DNA of 27,393 nt from Octopus sinensis (GCF_006345805.1 NW_021833394.1:1-27393); one strand, 5' to 3'; counted from the stretch's first letter, positions 9,964 through 21,700 are shown. The notes: generated from the sequence alone by a model not told the origin. Numbers and translations: made by a program.

Positions 9964-10612
9964 CTTTATATAAATAAAACTGAGAATGTGTGTGTGTCTG
10001 TCTCTCTGTGTTTTTCCCTAAAACTTGAGAACTACAAACCAATTTCATTCAAATTTTACACATGCCTTACTTAGGGTCCATGTAGTTTCATGGGCAAAAA
10101 AAATGTTCAACTTCTTGCCTAGAGCGAGCCCATAGCAATATCGTATCTTCTCGACTATTTCAGTATTACGTGTTAAAAGTGAAACAAAAACATTTCTCTA
10201 TTTTATGTCAGATACTTTCACTTTAACAATAAAAATAATAATTACAATTGAATTATGTGTAGTAAGTAATAATTAAAATGAAACTAAAGTATAATATAAT
10301 CGTAACATAAAAAAAGTAAAAATAGCAATTGGTATAAATTGCATCAATGAATTGAACTTGAATAAGTGGTTTCACATGAATGGGAATAAATTTAAAATAA
10401 AATTAGCGTGCAGAAATGGAATAGTCCTACAATTCCAGTCTGTTATATATTTTCAGTATTGTTATCACTAGCGATATCAAGATATAACTTTGTATTTTGT
10501 ATTTTATGTGTAGATGTATATATATATAGATGTACATGTAATATGTACACATATATACACATATATACATGCACTAGCACTATGACTGGGCGAAGACGAG
10601 TCATAATGCTAG
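9963..10612 (+). mobile_element. Non-autonomous Helitron-like element
   Basis: A|TCTTTATATAAATAAAA 5' end followed by (TG)/(TC) simple repeats and AACTACAAACCAATTTCATTCAAATTTTACAC. The 3' end has the hairpin TATGACT-GGGCGAAGACG-AGTCATA then CTAG|T. It is inserted between A and T with no TSD. Confidence 0.65.
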
Positions 10613-10694
10613 TATATATATATATATGTATATAATGGTATAGGTATCTATAAAGCATGATTTATTCGTTATCAGAGACGTTCGTAAACCGAGG

Positions 10695-10851
10695 TACTAC
10701 TGTATATGTGTATAAAAATACATATGTACATATGTATATACATACATATGTGTATAAATATACATATGTACATATGTATATACATACATATATAATGTAT
10801 ATACACACATATATATACATATATACATGTATACATATATATTATATATAT

Positions 10852-10895
<44 letters not shown>

Positions 10896-11015
10896 TATAT
10901 ATATTATATATATGTATGTGTGTGTGTGTGTGTGTGTGTATTTATACACATACATGTATTTGTGTATGGGTGTGTCAATACGTATGTATTCCTATGATAT
11001 ATATATATATATATG
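10695..11015. repeat. Compound (TA)/(TG)/(TACA) simple-repeat tract
   Basis: Directly visible; source of Y/I/H/T-rich ORFs. Confidence 0.9.
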
Positions 11016-11827
11016 AATACCTGATCTCCAATTCCCTTTCATTTATTGACATTGACCCATAGAGTCATATCTAAATCTCACATACGCTTCGTGAGAACAT
11101 TCATTCAGTTTGCTGCCGGCAAATCGAGTGTGCAAAACCATTTCCGTACAGAGTTAGAGACAATACATATATATAAAAAAAACAACAAAAAAACCAAAAA
11201 ACCTTCCCTTGAGCACATACAAATTATCATCTACAAACCGATCTTGCAAAGAAAGCATTGGTTTCTATAATAACGTTAGAATTTTAGTGTCCGATTTAGG
11301 TGTACAAATATTTCTCTGCTTCTGAATATTTCTTTTATCAAAGTGAAATCCCACGCAATTTATCGATAACTGACTTTCTCGAAATTGTTAATAAATAAAT
11401 AAAAAATAGTAAAACGGTATCTATTTCTCAGTGACAGTATAAATCGATAGAGATCAGGTATCACTGATATCATTGTATAAAAAAGATTTCCCAACTGCGC
11501 TGACAGAGTTGGGTTGTAAAGTTTGGTTAGGAACCAAGTTTTTGCTGGTGTGATGTGAATGCATCGTTGCAGAGAGAAATATTCCCTTTTGGTTAACTAA
11601 ACATTGAGCGGAATTTGATAAATCAAAACTGTGCGGAAACGCATGCAAACGTAAATATGTAAGCAAGCAAGCATGCATGCATGCATACAAACCAACAAAC
11701 AATTCGGTTCTTTTTAACGGTTGAACTCAAAGTAGAAAAACTATAAATAATGGGACCAAATTTTGGCACAACGCCAGCAAGTTCAGGTTAGGGGATAAGT
11801 CGGTTACAGTGACCGTAGTGCTCATCT

Positions 11828-11868
<41 letters not shown>

Positions 11869-11878
11869 TATATATACA

Positions 11879-12050
11879 CAGTAATCCCTCGACATATTGC
11901 GGTTCACATATCGTTGTTTACTATTTGAGCTTACATCGATTTCTCTGTGGTGTTGTTTTGCATTTATAATAAGATAAATATATACAAAAAATATATAGTA
12001 CAGTACTGTTTCTACTTCTCCGATTTTCACCCATCGCTGAGGAATTACTG
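11879..12050. mobile_element. Tigger/pogo-like MITE or internal-deletion derivative
   Basis: Termini CAGTAATCCCTC...GAGGAATTACTG (11/12 inverted match), embedded in TA repeats; no clean TA TSD. Confidence 0.5.
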
Positions 12051-12058
12051 TGTGTTTA

Positions 12059-12059
<1 letters not shown>

Positions 12060-12097
<38 letters not shown>

Positions 12098-12150
12098 GAA
12101 TCGTATATATATATCTATATATATATATATATATATATATTATATGATGC

Positions 12151-12205
<55 letters not shown>

Positions 12206-12303
12206 GAATGCGTATATATATATATAATATATATATTATATATATATTATTATGATATATATATATATATATATATATGAATATATATATTGTATATATA
12301 TGA

Positions 12304-12350
<47 letters not shown>

Positions 12351-12390
12351 TATATATATGTTACTACGTTGTATGTGTATGTATATATAT
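12060..12390. repeat. (TA)n tract with periodic TTATATGA(A)TGCG interruptions
   Basis: Directly visible. Confidence 0.9.
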
Positions 12391-12391
12391 A

Positions 12392-12600
12392 AGGCAGCGA
12401 GATGGCAGAATCGTTAGCACGCCGGGAGACATACTTAGCGCTATTTCGTCTTCCGTTACGTTCTGAGTTCAAATTCCGCCGAGGTCGACTTTGTCTTTCA
12501 TCCATTCGGGGTCTATTAAATAAGTACCAGTTACGCGTGATCGATTAATCACTTGTCTGTCCTTGTTGGTCCCCTTTATGCTTAGCCCCCTGTGGGAAAT
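12392..12600 (+). mobile_element. SINE family C (tRNA-derived)
   Basis: AGGCAGCGAGATGGCAGAATCGTTAGCACGCCGGG..TTCTGAGTTCAAATTCCGCCGAGGTCGACTTTGTCTTTCATCC..; high identity to 27141-27373. Confidence 0.9.
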
Positions 12601-12686
12601 ATATATATCTATATATATATATTATATATATATATATATATATAAATATATTATATATATATAATAATATATATCATTAAATATAG

Positions 12687-12725
12687 GATAAAATCTTTAT
12701 AAGAATTTATCACGTCGTCAGCGTG
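12687..12725 (-). ncRNA. Hammerhead-like relic ('beta' type), GAAA box damaged
   Basis: Minus strand CACG CUGACGA CGU GAUAA AUUC UUAU--AAA GAUUUUAUC; homologous to 18059-18103. Confidence 0.35.
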
Positions 12726-12772
12726 AAAACCATATAAAGGAAACTTTATAATTATTCCCTTTAAATAATTTA

Positions 12773-13180
12773 TTATATTAAAGGCATTTCTACACGTAAA
12801 TACCTCACCCTATGAGGGACTCTTAATGTCAAAACAAGCATAATAAATATACATTGTACCGACAGCGAGGGAATGCAACTAGGAAATCGTCTCTTAAAAA
12901 TAGATTCAACATATCAGACGGACACTATTAGGTGTTCGTCTGGTACGTTGAATTTTGTTCATTTTTATGTATCTTGATTGTGACTGCAATGACGATTGGA
13001 AAGTGGATTATGTACACAAACAATGAAATCATATGATTTGCGGCTAAATCTGTTTTGAAGAGACGATTTCCAAGATGCATTCTCTCGCTATCAGTACACT
13101 GTATATTCATTATGGTAGTTTTGACTTTAAGAGACCCTCATAGCGTGAGGCATTTACGTGTTGTAATGCCCTGAATATAA
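12773..13180. mobile_element. Fold-back element: 134-bp inverted arms (12773-12906 / 13047-13180)
   Basis: Hand alignment gives an ungapped match with 19 mismatches in 134 bp (about 86%). The spacer holds a 22-bp hairpin and a decayed HHR. Confidence 0.9.
12984..13043 (+). ncRNA. Decayed type I hammerhead motif in spacer of fold-back element
   Basis: CUGCA AUGACGA UUG..CAA U GAA AUCA UA UGAU U / UGCGG. It has a 5-bp stem I and palindromic stem III; C3>A, and the cleavage triplet is AUU. Confidence 0.5.
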
Positions 13181-13204
13181 TTTAATATAATATAATATAA
13201 TGTA

Positions 13205-13234
<30 letters not shown>

Positions 13235-13236
<2 letters not shown>

Positions 13237-13390
13237 CGACTGGCTTCCACACAGTTTCCATTTACCAGATTCACTCATAAGGGATGGGTCGACCTGAAGC
13301 TATAGTTGAAGAAACTTACCCAGGTGCTGCGTAGTGGAACTGATCCCGAGACCATGTAGTTGTTAATCGAACTTTTTAACCACATGGTTG
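13235..13390 (-). mobile_element. SINE family A, old 5' half
   Basis: GACTGGCTTCCACACAGTTTCC..ACCAGATTCACTCATAAGG..CCCAGGTGCTGCGTAGTGGAACTGA..AACCACATGG. Confidence 0.75.
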
Positions 13391-13697
13391 AGTAGAGATT
13401 TCTTTTAAAAATCATTTTCCAAGAAAAAAAAATGTATGACTAAAATTTTATTTAACGTTCTAGAATTTATTCTTTACGCACTTTTATGAAATGCTATTTG
13501 AATTCTCTTCTGAATTGCTTAGATTTAAAAAAAAAATTTTGAATTAATCAAAATTCCTGTCCGAAATGGAGATTGCCAGCATCTTTGTACATCAATATAT
13601 CTAAAACAGAGTGAATTAATATGGTTATGGTTTGGTATGCTATGACCCAAGGGAACCCGAGTATCCAGTATATTAATCCACGAAGTCACTGAGAAGA

Positions 13698-13900
13698 CGC
13701 GTGCCTTAGTGGTTAGGGTGAGACGGCGGAATTTTTAGCACGCCGGACAAAATGCTTAGCGGCATTTCGTCTGCCTTTCTGTTCTGAGTTCAAATTCTGC
13801 CGATCAAACAGGTTCCCACCAAATATCAGGGTCAATGTAATCGACTCCCACCTCCTCCCAAAGTTCAGGCCTTGTGCCTATAGTAGAAAGGATTATTATA
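13698..13900 (+). mobile_element. Family B head (13698-13720) fused to family C variant lacking the central GGTCGAC..CATCC domain (13721-13900)
   Basis: GCGTGCCTTAGTGGTTAGGGTG is immediately followed by ..TTAGCACGCCGGACAAAATGCTTAGCGGCATTTCG..TTCAAATTCTGCCG|ATCAAACAGG. Confidence 0.7.
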
Positions 13901-13911
13901 CCTGTGTTTGT

Positions 13912-14092
13912 AAGGCTGCGAGCTGGAAGAATCTTTGGCACACCGAGCAGAAGGTCCGGCTTTATGTTCTGAGCTCAAATTCTGCCGAGGTTGACTTTCT
14001 CTTTCATCCATTCGTGGTCGATAAAACAAGTGCCTATCAAGTTCTCCCTCCCACGAAAAACTGCTGGCTCTGTATCAAAATTGGAAATCAGT
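13912..14092 (+). mobile_element. SINE family C, diverged
   Basis: AAGGCTGCGAGCTGGAAGAATC..TTCTGAGCTCAAATTCTGCCGAGGTTGACTTTCTCTTTCATCC. Confidence 0.75.
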
Positions 14093-14124
14093 ATTTACTT
14101 TCATTTCAGGTACTCTTAGTTTAG

Positions 14125-14315
14125 TTTAGAAGAAAAAATATATTTTCAAATAAATACTTGAGTGTTGAAAAAAGCCCACCAAGACCTGTAAACAAAACAG
14201 TTTTAGAATTGAATACAAAAACATATGAATACAATTCAAAGACATACAAAGAAAATTTCAAGTACATATACAAATCTATGCACACACAAAACGTTATAAG
14301 TTGGACTCCTAGAGA
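14125..14315 (+). CDS. Candidate coding exon, unidentified
   Basis: Open frame FRRKNIFSNKYLSVEKSPPRPVNKTVLELNTKTYEYNSKTYKENFKYIYKSMHTQNVISWTPR ends at GA|GTATGT. The only usable acceptors are TTTAG at 14124 or 14129; the stronger TTTCAG at 14109 leads into stops. Confidence 0.2.
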
Positions 14316-14542
14316 GTATGTTAGTTTTAAAATGGTTCGTTATGTATAAAGCTTTTTAAACTGGACAATGGAACATTTCAAGAAAATATCTAATGATTTG
14401 TCGAGGAGAAAAAAAATGGGTTATATTTCGTATATATGAAGTATGGTGTATTGATTGAAATAACACAAGTAGGTAACAGTTATTGGAAATTATAGTTCGA
14501 GTTGTTATGACTTACTTATAGAAGTGAAAGAAATATGTATGC

Positions 14543-14705
14543 AGGTATGGCTGCGCGGTTAAGAAACTCGCTCTGCAGTCACGGAGCTTCGGGTTCAGTA
14601 CTAATGCGAGGCACTTTGGATAAGCATCTTCTACCGTAGCTTTTGACAGAGCAATGCTTTCGGAATGAATTTGCTTGACGCAAACTGTGAGAAAGTCGTC
14701 GTACA
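14543..14705 (+). mobile_element. SINE family A, old 5' half
   Basis: ATGGCTGCGCGGTTAAGAAAC..CGGGTTCAGT..GGCACTTTGGATAAGCATCTTCT. Confidence 0.7.
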
Positions 14706-14823
14706 CACACACACAAATACATACAAAGTATGGTGATTTAGTTCACAGGTGATCTAAACAATTAGTTATGCTAGGTAAGTGCTTTAACGGATTACTGGGG
14801 CAGATTTCTGTTGCAGCGGATAT

Positions 14824-15119
14824 ATAATTCTTAAAGAAGACAACAAATGTTAAGGCAAGACAAACATCTCAAGTCATATGCATTATTATTATTGGAAAAA
14901 ATTCAACGTCTTACATCTGTTTCTGGGATAACCCAGAGCAAGGGATATCCCGTCATCGGAGACAAATAGGGAAAATGGGAAGGGTATAGATTACAGAATA
15001 TCCCATACTCTGGGATATCCCAGAAGCAGGTGTAAGACTTTGATTTTTTTCCAATAATGATAATATATGACTTGAGATGTTTGCCTTGCTTTAACGTTTG
15101 CTATGCTCTTTAGCATTAT
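14824..15119. mobile_element. Fold-back element: about 105-bp core inverted arms (14844-14948 / 14998-15100), 49-bp spacer
   Basis: CAAACATCTCAAGTCATAT..TTGGAAAAAA..GTCTTACA..TTCTGGGATA on the left is mirrored on the right; the outer 20 bp match loosely. Confidence 0.9.
14908..14963 (-). ncRNA. Type I hammerhead motif spanning spacer and left arm
   Basis: GUCU CCGAUGA C GGGAUA-UCCC-UUGCUCU-GGGU-UAUCCC A GAA AC AGAU GU A / AGAC. All three stems pair; deviations are U4>C and C.A at the base of stem II. Confidence 0.7.
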
Positions 15120-15151
15120 GTATATATATTATATATACATTATACATACAT

Positions 15152-15273
<122 letters not shown>

Positions 15274-15274
15274 T

Positions 15275-15490
15275 GTGTATGTGTATGTTCTCCTTCAACT
15301 ACTTGACAGCTGGTGTTAGTTTGTTAATATATCAATCTCTTAGCAGTTTTGTAAAAAAAAACAGTCAGAACAAACATCAGGATTAAAAAAATAAGTACTT
15401 GTGTCATTTTCTTCGGTTAAACCTTCAAAGATAGTGCTATAGCATGGCCATAGCCCAATGACATAGACATGTTAATAAAACAAAAGTAAG
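15275..15490 (+). mobile_element. SINE family A, old 3' half
   Basis: CTTGACAGCTGGTGTTAG..AAAAAATAAGTAC..GTGCTATAGCATGGCCATAGCCCAATGAC. Confidence 0.6.
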
Positions 15491-15609
15491 GACGGTATAG
15501 GTTCGTTTTGCTCAGGATTTAGACCTGATTGGAATTCTTCTGTAGTTCCTTGTTTGGAGTCAATGGAATAAATGCCAGCATCATGCTAAGATGAAGAAGA
15601 AACTTACCC

Positions 15610-15745
15610 AGATGCCGAGCTTAGCGGCATTTCGTCGGCCTTTATGTTCTGAGTTCAAATTCCGCCGTTCAAACAGGTACCTACCAAATACCAGGGTCGA
15701 TGTAATTGACACCCTCCTCTTCTCCCGAAGTTCAGCCCTTCACGC
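15610..15745 (+). mobile_element. SINE family C variant lacking central domain
   Basis: GCTTAGCGGCATTTCGTCGG..TTCAAATTCCGCCG|TTCAAACAGG; same junction as 13721-13900. Confidence 0.7.
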
Positions 15746-17707
15746 AAACAAAGATTGTATACTAGGTTGATAGTCAAAATTGAGGATGCGAGATGAATAG
15801 TGGTGGTCACCATTGGCAACAGTTAACCAACAGCAGCGTATTGGGTTTCTGAAAGGCGCGGATGAGTGTAAGATCTAGATTCCTTGTTTTTTTCTGGAAG
15901 GGAGAATGAAATGAAGAGAGACAGAGAGAGAGAGAGATGGGGGGGGAGAGGTAGTGAGTAGAAGATAAAGAGTGAGAAGTAGGGAGAAAAAAAAAAACGA
16001 GAATAAGAGTTTGTCGCCTTGGTCGAATGTGTTCGTGACCTGTTTGCAATTTGTTTTATTAACAATGAAGTAAAAAAAAAATTAACCGAGAATCTCAAAC
16101 GTTTTATAAATTCTCATGGTGAGAACATTAGCAGCAACATTTTTTCTTTGCGCAATGAACGACACCTGACCTAAAATCTGCGTCGACATGTTGCGGCAAT
16201 GCGATGCAGAAACACAGCCTATTTTCCTCTAAAGTTTGTTTCGATATACAAATCAATAATATATGCCGTCTGTTGATGTACGTGCAGTAACTTGGATTCC
16301 AAATATATCGATTAAAAGTTTCCATTCAGTCATCTTCGGAATGAACCAAGAAACGAACTCACCAATAACTTTAAGGCAAACAACTCGGTATAGGCCTGAT
16401 GATGCTAATTGTCGGTCGCCTGATATAGCGTATACCAGCTCGAGGAATCTAGGAATATACTGTAGTGGTACTTCTAAGTTTGAACACGACAGGGCGATAT
16501 CTTAAATCTAACTAATTTATTCAGGAATTCAAACAAACTCATAGCAGCTTGATGCTCTTGCACATTGGCTGGATGCTCTCGCTGCTCCTAAAATTGGGTA
16601 TTATTTCGAAGTCTCTCCACAGCAAGACTCAAATTATTTAGAGACACAATAAACGGACCATTTAGGAAGGGCATCTGTCTGATTTGAGTGCGTTGTTTGA
16701 ATTTCGTAATGGTTATTATTATTGGATATATCACATTACAGGAATATATTGACAACAATACTGATTTCAACATGATAATAGCGATTTGGTATTCTCTTGG
16801 CTCGTAAAAAGAAAAAAACATTCCTTCAAAATAAAAAAAAAAGCGAACTAATTCATGCTATCTATGACATTAATAAGATGTATGGCATTGTAGCTTCCGT
16901 TTGAAATTAAGGAGAAGTGAACTATGCCAAGCTTTGAAAACTGTAGGTGGATAAGAACGGTGGTCTCTAGACGGGTTTCTTATCTATTCGACTAGCTGTC
17001 ATTTTGATTAAATTACTAGCATAGATATCAAGAAGAAAAATGAGAGTGCACCAAGGTACAGAAATAAATCAGCTAAAAAAACTACCGAAGTTTTAGACAT
17101 TATTTCAAAATATGGAGCTGTGTATCATAGACCTGACTTTATATTGACATTTATGCGGACGCTGTAACACACAGGGGTCCGGTTTTACTGTTCTTGTTTC
17201 CTATATTTGTCAAGTTCGCTTGTTTTGTTTTCTTTTTTGTCTGCTTGTGTTTCTGTTTCCTCTAAATTTATAATAGTCCTCTCTATGAATGCGTACCTAT
17301 AAGTATGTATCGATATGTATGTACGCTTTATGGCATACGCAAAATCGGTATAAGATCGAACATTTATTGTCTCACGAGAGAAAAGAGGTTCTGTGTTCGT
17401 GTATTCGCTCTATATTGGTGCGGCATCATTTCAGTTTTTCTTCTTTTCATATAAATTTGTTTTAATTCTTAGTGCTACAGGTGCACACTTTCCTTTATTT
17501 ACCTGTTGGCAATAATAATAATAAAATCATTGTGTATAGTGCTCAGGTGCACTACAACTCATCAAAGGTGCATGTACAGTACATGTACAAAGGTCAGGAA
17601 AGTGAACAGTGTATGAGTCATGATATAGACGTATGTATGCATATGGAGGGGGGTATCAGGCGTAGTGTTGGCGAATTTCAAGAAGCATGGAGATTTTAAA
17701 AGAGACA

Positions 17708-17740
<33 letters not shown>

Positions 17741-17967
17741 ATAGATAATTATTATTAAAATAATTTTTTTGCTAGTTTATTTTGTCTCTTTGTCTTCTCT
17801 CCTGTTGCAGTATGAATATGTAATGTGTTTTTATAGAGTCACGTTTAGACTGCTATACCCTAAGTTATAATTTTAATAATAATTATTACCTTTGAAGGTT
17901 TTTATTCCCACGGCTGGCCACCTGATAAGATCGGTATTTAAATAACGGTATTTAAATATATATATAT

Positions 17968-18014
<47 letters not shown>

Positions 18015-18058
18015 ATATAATTTGTGTGTGTGTGTGCGTGTATATACAACTAATGTAG

Positions 18059-18103
18059 GATAAAATTTTTTTCGAAAAAGAATTTTATCAATGGTCAGCA
18101 TTC
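18059..18103 (-). ncRNA. Hammerhead-like relic ('beta' type)
   Basis: GAAUG CUGACCA UU GAUAAA AUUC UUUUUC GAAA AAAAUUUUAUC. It has G8>C and no proper stem I. Confidence 0.35.
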
Positions 18104-18264
18104 AAAAAATACCTTTAAAGGTTAAATTTATAAATAACATATAAAATAAGGGCAGATGAAAAATTCTAATGCCAAATATGCCGAAAAAGACAAAATTGTC
18201 AATAACCATTATAATTTAAGCGTCTCGAAGCAAGCCGATAGAAGTTTCTAAAAAAAATCCGTTA

Positions 18265-18325
18265 TTACCGTATTGGTCCTAATTTCGGGGTTAATTCATA
18301 AGAATTTTCCCCTCCTCAGCGATAA
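18265..18325 (-). ncRNA. Canonical type I hammerhead ribozyme
   Basis: UUAUCG CUGAGGA GGGG-AAAAUUC-UUAU-GAAUUAA-CCCC GAA AUU AGGACC AAU A / CGGUAA. Complete core, 6-bp stem I, G-C-closed stem II, 3-bp stem III, AUA triplet; predicted cut between 18271 and 18270. Confidence 0.85.
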
Positions 18326-18407
18326 ATACGTAAGACATAAATGAAATACTTACTCATACCCATGGAAAAAGCAAGCACTAAGTCCTGAGCATACCTAAGT
18401 ACAGACC

Positions 18408-18439
<32 letters not shown>

Positions 18440-18771
18440 ATAAGGGTTGAAAATTTAGAGAAATTTTGATACCGGTGGCCACCACGCGTAATAGAGTGAA
18501 TTGACAATATATTTTCATATAAAATAGTGTACAAACAATTTGCGTATTGAGACACAAAAGAGGTGACCTTTAACAGGACACCTTACATGCTGGAAAGGGC
18601 AGTTAAAGCTCCTAAATTTTCTACTCTTATTTTTACAGTAAAAATTTTCGTAGTTTCGAAGCCCTTTAGTATGCAGTTTTTTTTAAAAATTTTTATTTGC
18701 AGCCGAATGTAACTGCGCCTGCGCAGTGAATTTGTAAATTATAATATATAAGTATGTAGCGTGTGTATATC

Positions 18772-18932
18772 TTTTAACTTTAACCTTTTACTTGTTTCCG
18801 TGATAAGACTGCGGTCATACTGGGGCATCGCCTTGGAAAATTTTTAATCGAACGAATCGACCCAAGGCTTATTTTGTTATGTCATTTTTGCTGAACCGCT
18901 AAGTTACGGCGACGTAAAAGCACTAACACCCG
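18772..18932 (-). mobile_element. SINE family A, 3' half
   Basis: TTTTACTTGTTTCC..GACTGCGGTCATACTGGGGCATCGCC..GAACCGCTAAGTTACGG. Confidence 0.75.
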
Positions 18933-18955
18933 TTATATATATGTATATATATATA

Positions 18956-19360
18956 TTACTCTTTTACTCTTTTACTTGTTTCAGTCATTTGACTGCGGCC
19001 ATGCTGGAGCCCCACCTTTAGTGGAGCAAATCGCTCCCAGGACTTATTCTTTGTAAGCCTAGTACTTATTCTATCGGTCTCTTTTGCCGAACCGCTAAGT
19101 GACGGGGACGTAAACACACCACCATCGGTTGTCAAGCGACGTTGGAGGGACAAACACAGACACACAAACTCACACACACATATATATATATATACATATA
19201 TACGACGGGCTTCTTTCAGTTTCCGTCTACCAAATCCACTCACAAGGCTTTGGTCGGCCCGAGGCTATAGTAGAAGACACTTGCCCAAGGTGCCACGCAG
19301 TGGGACTGAACCCGGAACCATATGGTTGGTTAGCAAGCTACTTACCACACAGCTACTCCT
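18956..19360 (-). mobile_element. SINE family A, full length, low divergence
   Basis: Near-consensus, with an (ACTCTTTT)n tail on the + strand. Confidence 0.92.
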
Positions 19361-19907
19361 CTCATTCTCTTAATATGAATATATATATATATATATATAT
19401 ACATGCACATATACATAATATATACATACACAAACACACGCACACACACACACAGAGGCGCACACACAGACATCCGTGAATTTATATGAGAGAAACTCTC
19501 AAAGCGTATTGCGCAGTATTCGGCGTTTTAATGACATGCCCACGTTAAGTAGGATATAAAGATTGCCATTCGGTATTAAAGCTAATTCTGTTTCTAACAC
19601 ACACACACGCGCGCTTGTTCGTGTGTGAGCGTGTATAAATACATATTTTTACATATACATATCAATACATCTAACAAATCTCCTTATTTAGATGTGAAGT
19701 TAATTAAAAACAATAAAAAGGCTATGATGGAGTTTAACAACAGAACTGAAAAAGAAACTGTTTTCAAAACTATTACTTAGCTAACATATTTTATCGTGTG
19801 ATTCTAACATTTAATTAGAATTTATAGGCTTTTTTTCAGCGCATGTGCGAAATTTTACGACTGTGAAATGGTGTGTATGCATGATTTAGCATCGCTAGAT
19901 TCCAAAA

Positions 19908-20016
<109 letters not shown>

Positions 20017-20125
20017 CCTTCCTTTTCCTTTTTTTCCATTTTCTTTTTCCATCTTCGAAAAGAAAAGCTCTACATTTGTATTTATCCCCTCTGTATTCAG
20101 CCTGTATGACCTTTAAAGAAAGTTA

Positions 20126-20126
<1 letters not shown>

Positions 20127-20176
<50 letters not shown>

Positions 20177-20349
20177 TATATATATATATATATCTTTCTC
20201 CCCATCTCCCTCTCTCTGTCTATCTAACTATCTACTTGCCTGCCAGTCTGACTATCTGGTTGTCTGATTGCCTACCTCTGTGTATCTGTGTGTGTCTCTT
20301 TCTCTCACTTCTCTCTTTCTCCCTCTCTGTTCATAAATATTATATAAAG

Positions 20350-20406
<57 letters not shown>

Positions 20407-20532
20407 TATAAATACACATATATATAATATTTTTATTTTAAATATATATTCTATATATATACTTTCATATACTTATGTGTAATATTTAATGAATAATGTA
20501 TATCTGTGTCTGTCTATCAATCTATCTATCTC

Positions 20533-20594
<62 letters not shown>

Positions 20595-20595
20595 A

Positions 20596-20645
<50 letters not shown>

Positions 20646-20682
20646 TATATGTATATATATATTATACATATATATATAATAT

Positions 20683-20715
<33 letters not shown>
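20127..20715. repeat. Compound (TC)n/(TA)n/(TATC)n tracts
   Basis: Directly visible. Confidence 0.9.
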
Positions 20716-20716
<1 letters not shown>

Positions 20717-21069
20717 GTATGGATTTCATCTGATGCTATTGGCGTTAAAGACATAGAGAAAAGAACGAAAGAAAGCTTTGATAGGCGTTACTGACATTCT
20801 CTGAACTTTCAATTAGCAGGCTGCGTTGCTGGATAAATACGAACATAAACACATAAGTGAATAAAAATTGATTCAGCTTCAAGGAATTCATACCCAACGA
20901 TGTAGATGCACTTAAAAATACCTTTGATTTAATTTAAATGATCTTCTTCAATGAATGATTGTTGCTTGTTTAAAGTTTTCTCACTGTAATACCGTAATAA
21001 AAGGCCAATTATATATATATACTTATCATTATAATTGCACTCATTTGAGAGTACGTATGTATTTCTGAA

Positions 21070-21073
21070 TATA

Positions 21074-21131
<58 letters not shown>

Positions 21132-21419
21132 GTGTGTATGTATGTATATATATGCATGTGTAATGTGAACGTATGTATATGTATATATATAGTATATATA
21201 TATATATTTATATATTTATATGTATATATTTATATCAATACATTTATATTTTATATTTATTATATATATATAATTATATATATATATATATATATATATA
21301 GTTGTGTATATATATGCATATATATGTATGTATATATATGTATATATGTGTATATCTGTGTATATATGTGGACATATATGTATATGTGTGCGCATGCATA
21401 TGCATATATATATACATGG

Positions 21420-21453
<34 letters not shown>

Positions 21454-21588
21454 GTGTGCATATACATTTATATGTGTATATATATAATGTGCATAAATAT
21501 GTGTGTGTTATAAATATAAGTGAATATATATCTATATAGATATATAAGACATACATAATACATACATACAAACATATATATACATATA

Positions 21589-21648
<60 letters not shown>

Positions 21649-21654
21649 CATACA

Positions 21655-21700
<46 letters not shown>
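21070..21700. repeat. Long compound (TA)/(TG)/(TACA) tract
   Basis: Directly visible; explains the stack of overlapping YI-rich ORFs. Confidence 0.92.

Noticed and set aside
9660-12280. Many 60-140 aa ORFs rich in Y/I/C/V/H/T (also 19868-21659, 1999-2787)
   Set aside because: They are translations of TA/TG/TACA/TATC/ATT microsatellites, which lack stop codons in some frames.
12392-12485. A/B-box-containing heads that could be called tRNA genes
   Set aside because: No cloverleaf was found; they continue into SINE bodies present in many copies.
16263-16640. Open frames on both strands (PSVDVRAVTW.., LDALAHWLDALAAPKIG..) and CTGATGA at 16396
   Set aside because: No consistent splice sites or recognisable homology; the CTGATGA has no GAAA partner or stems.
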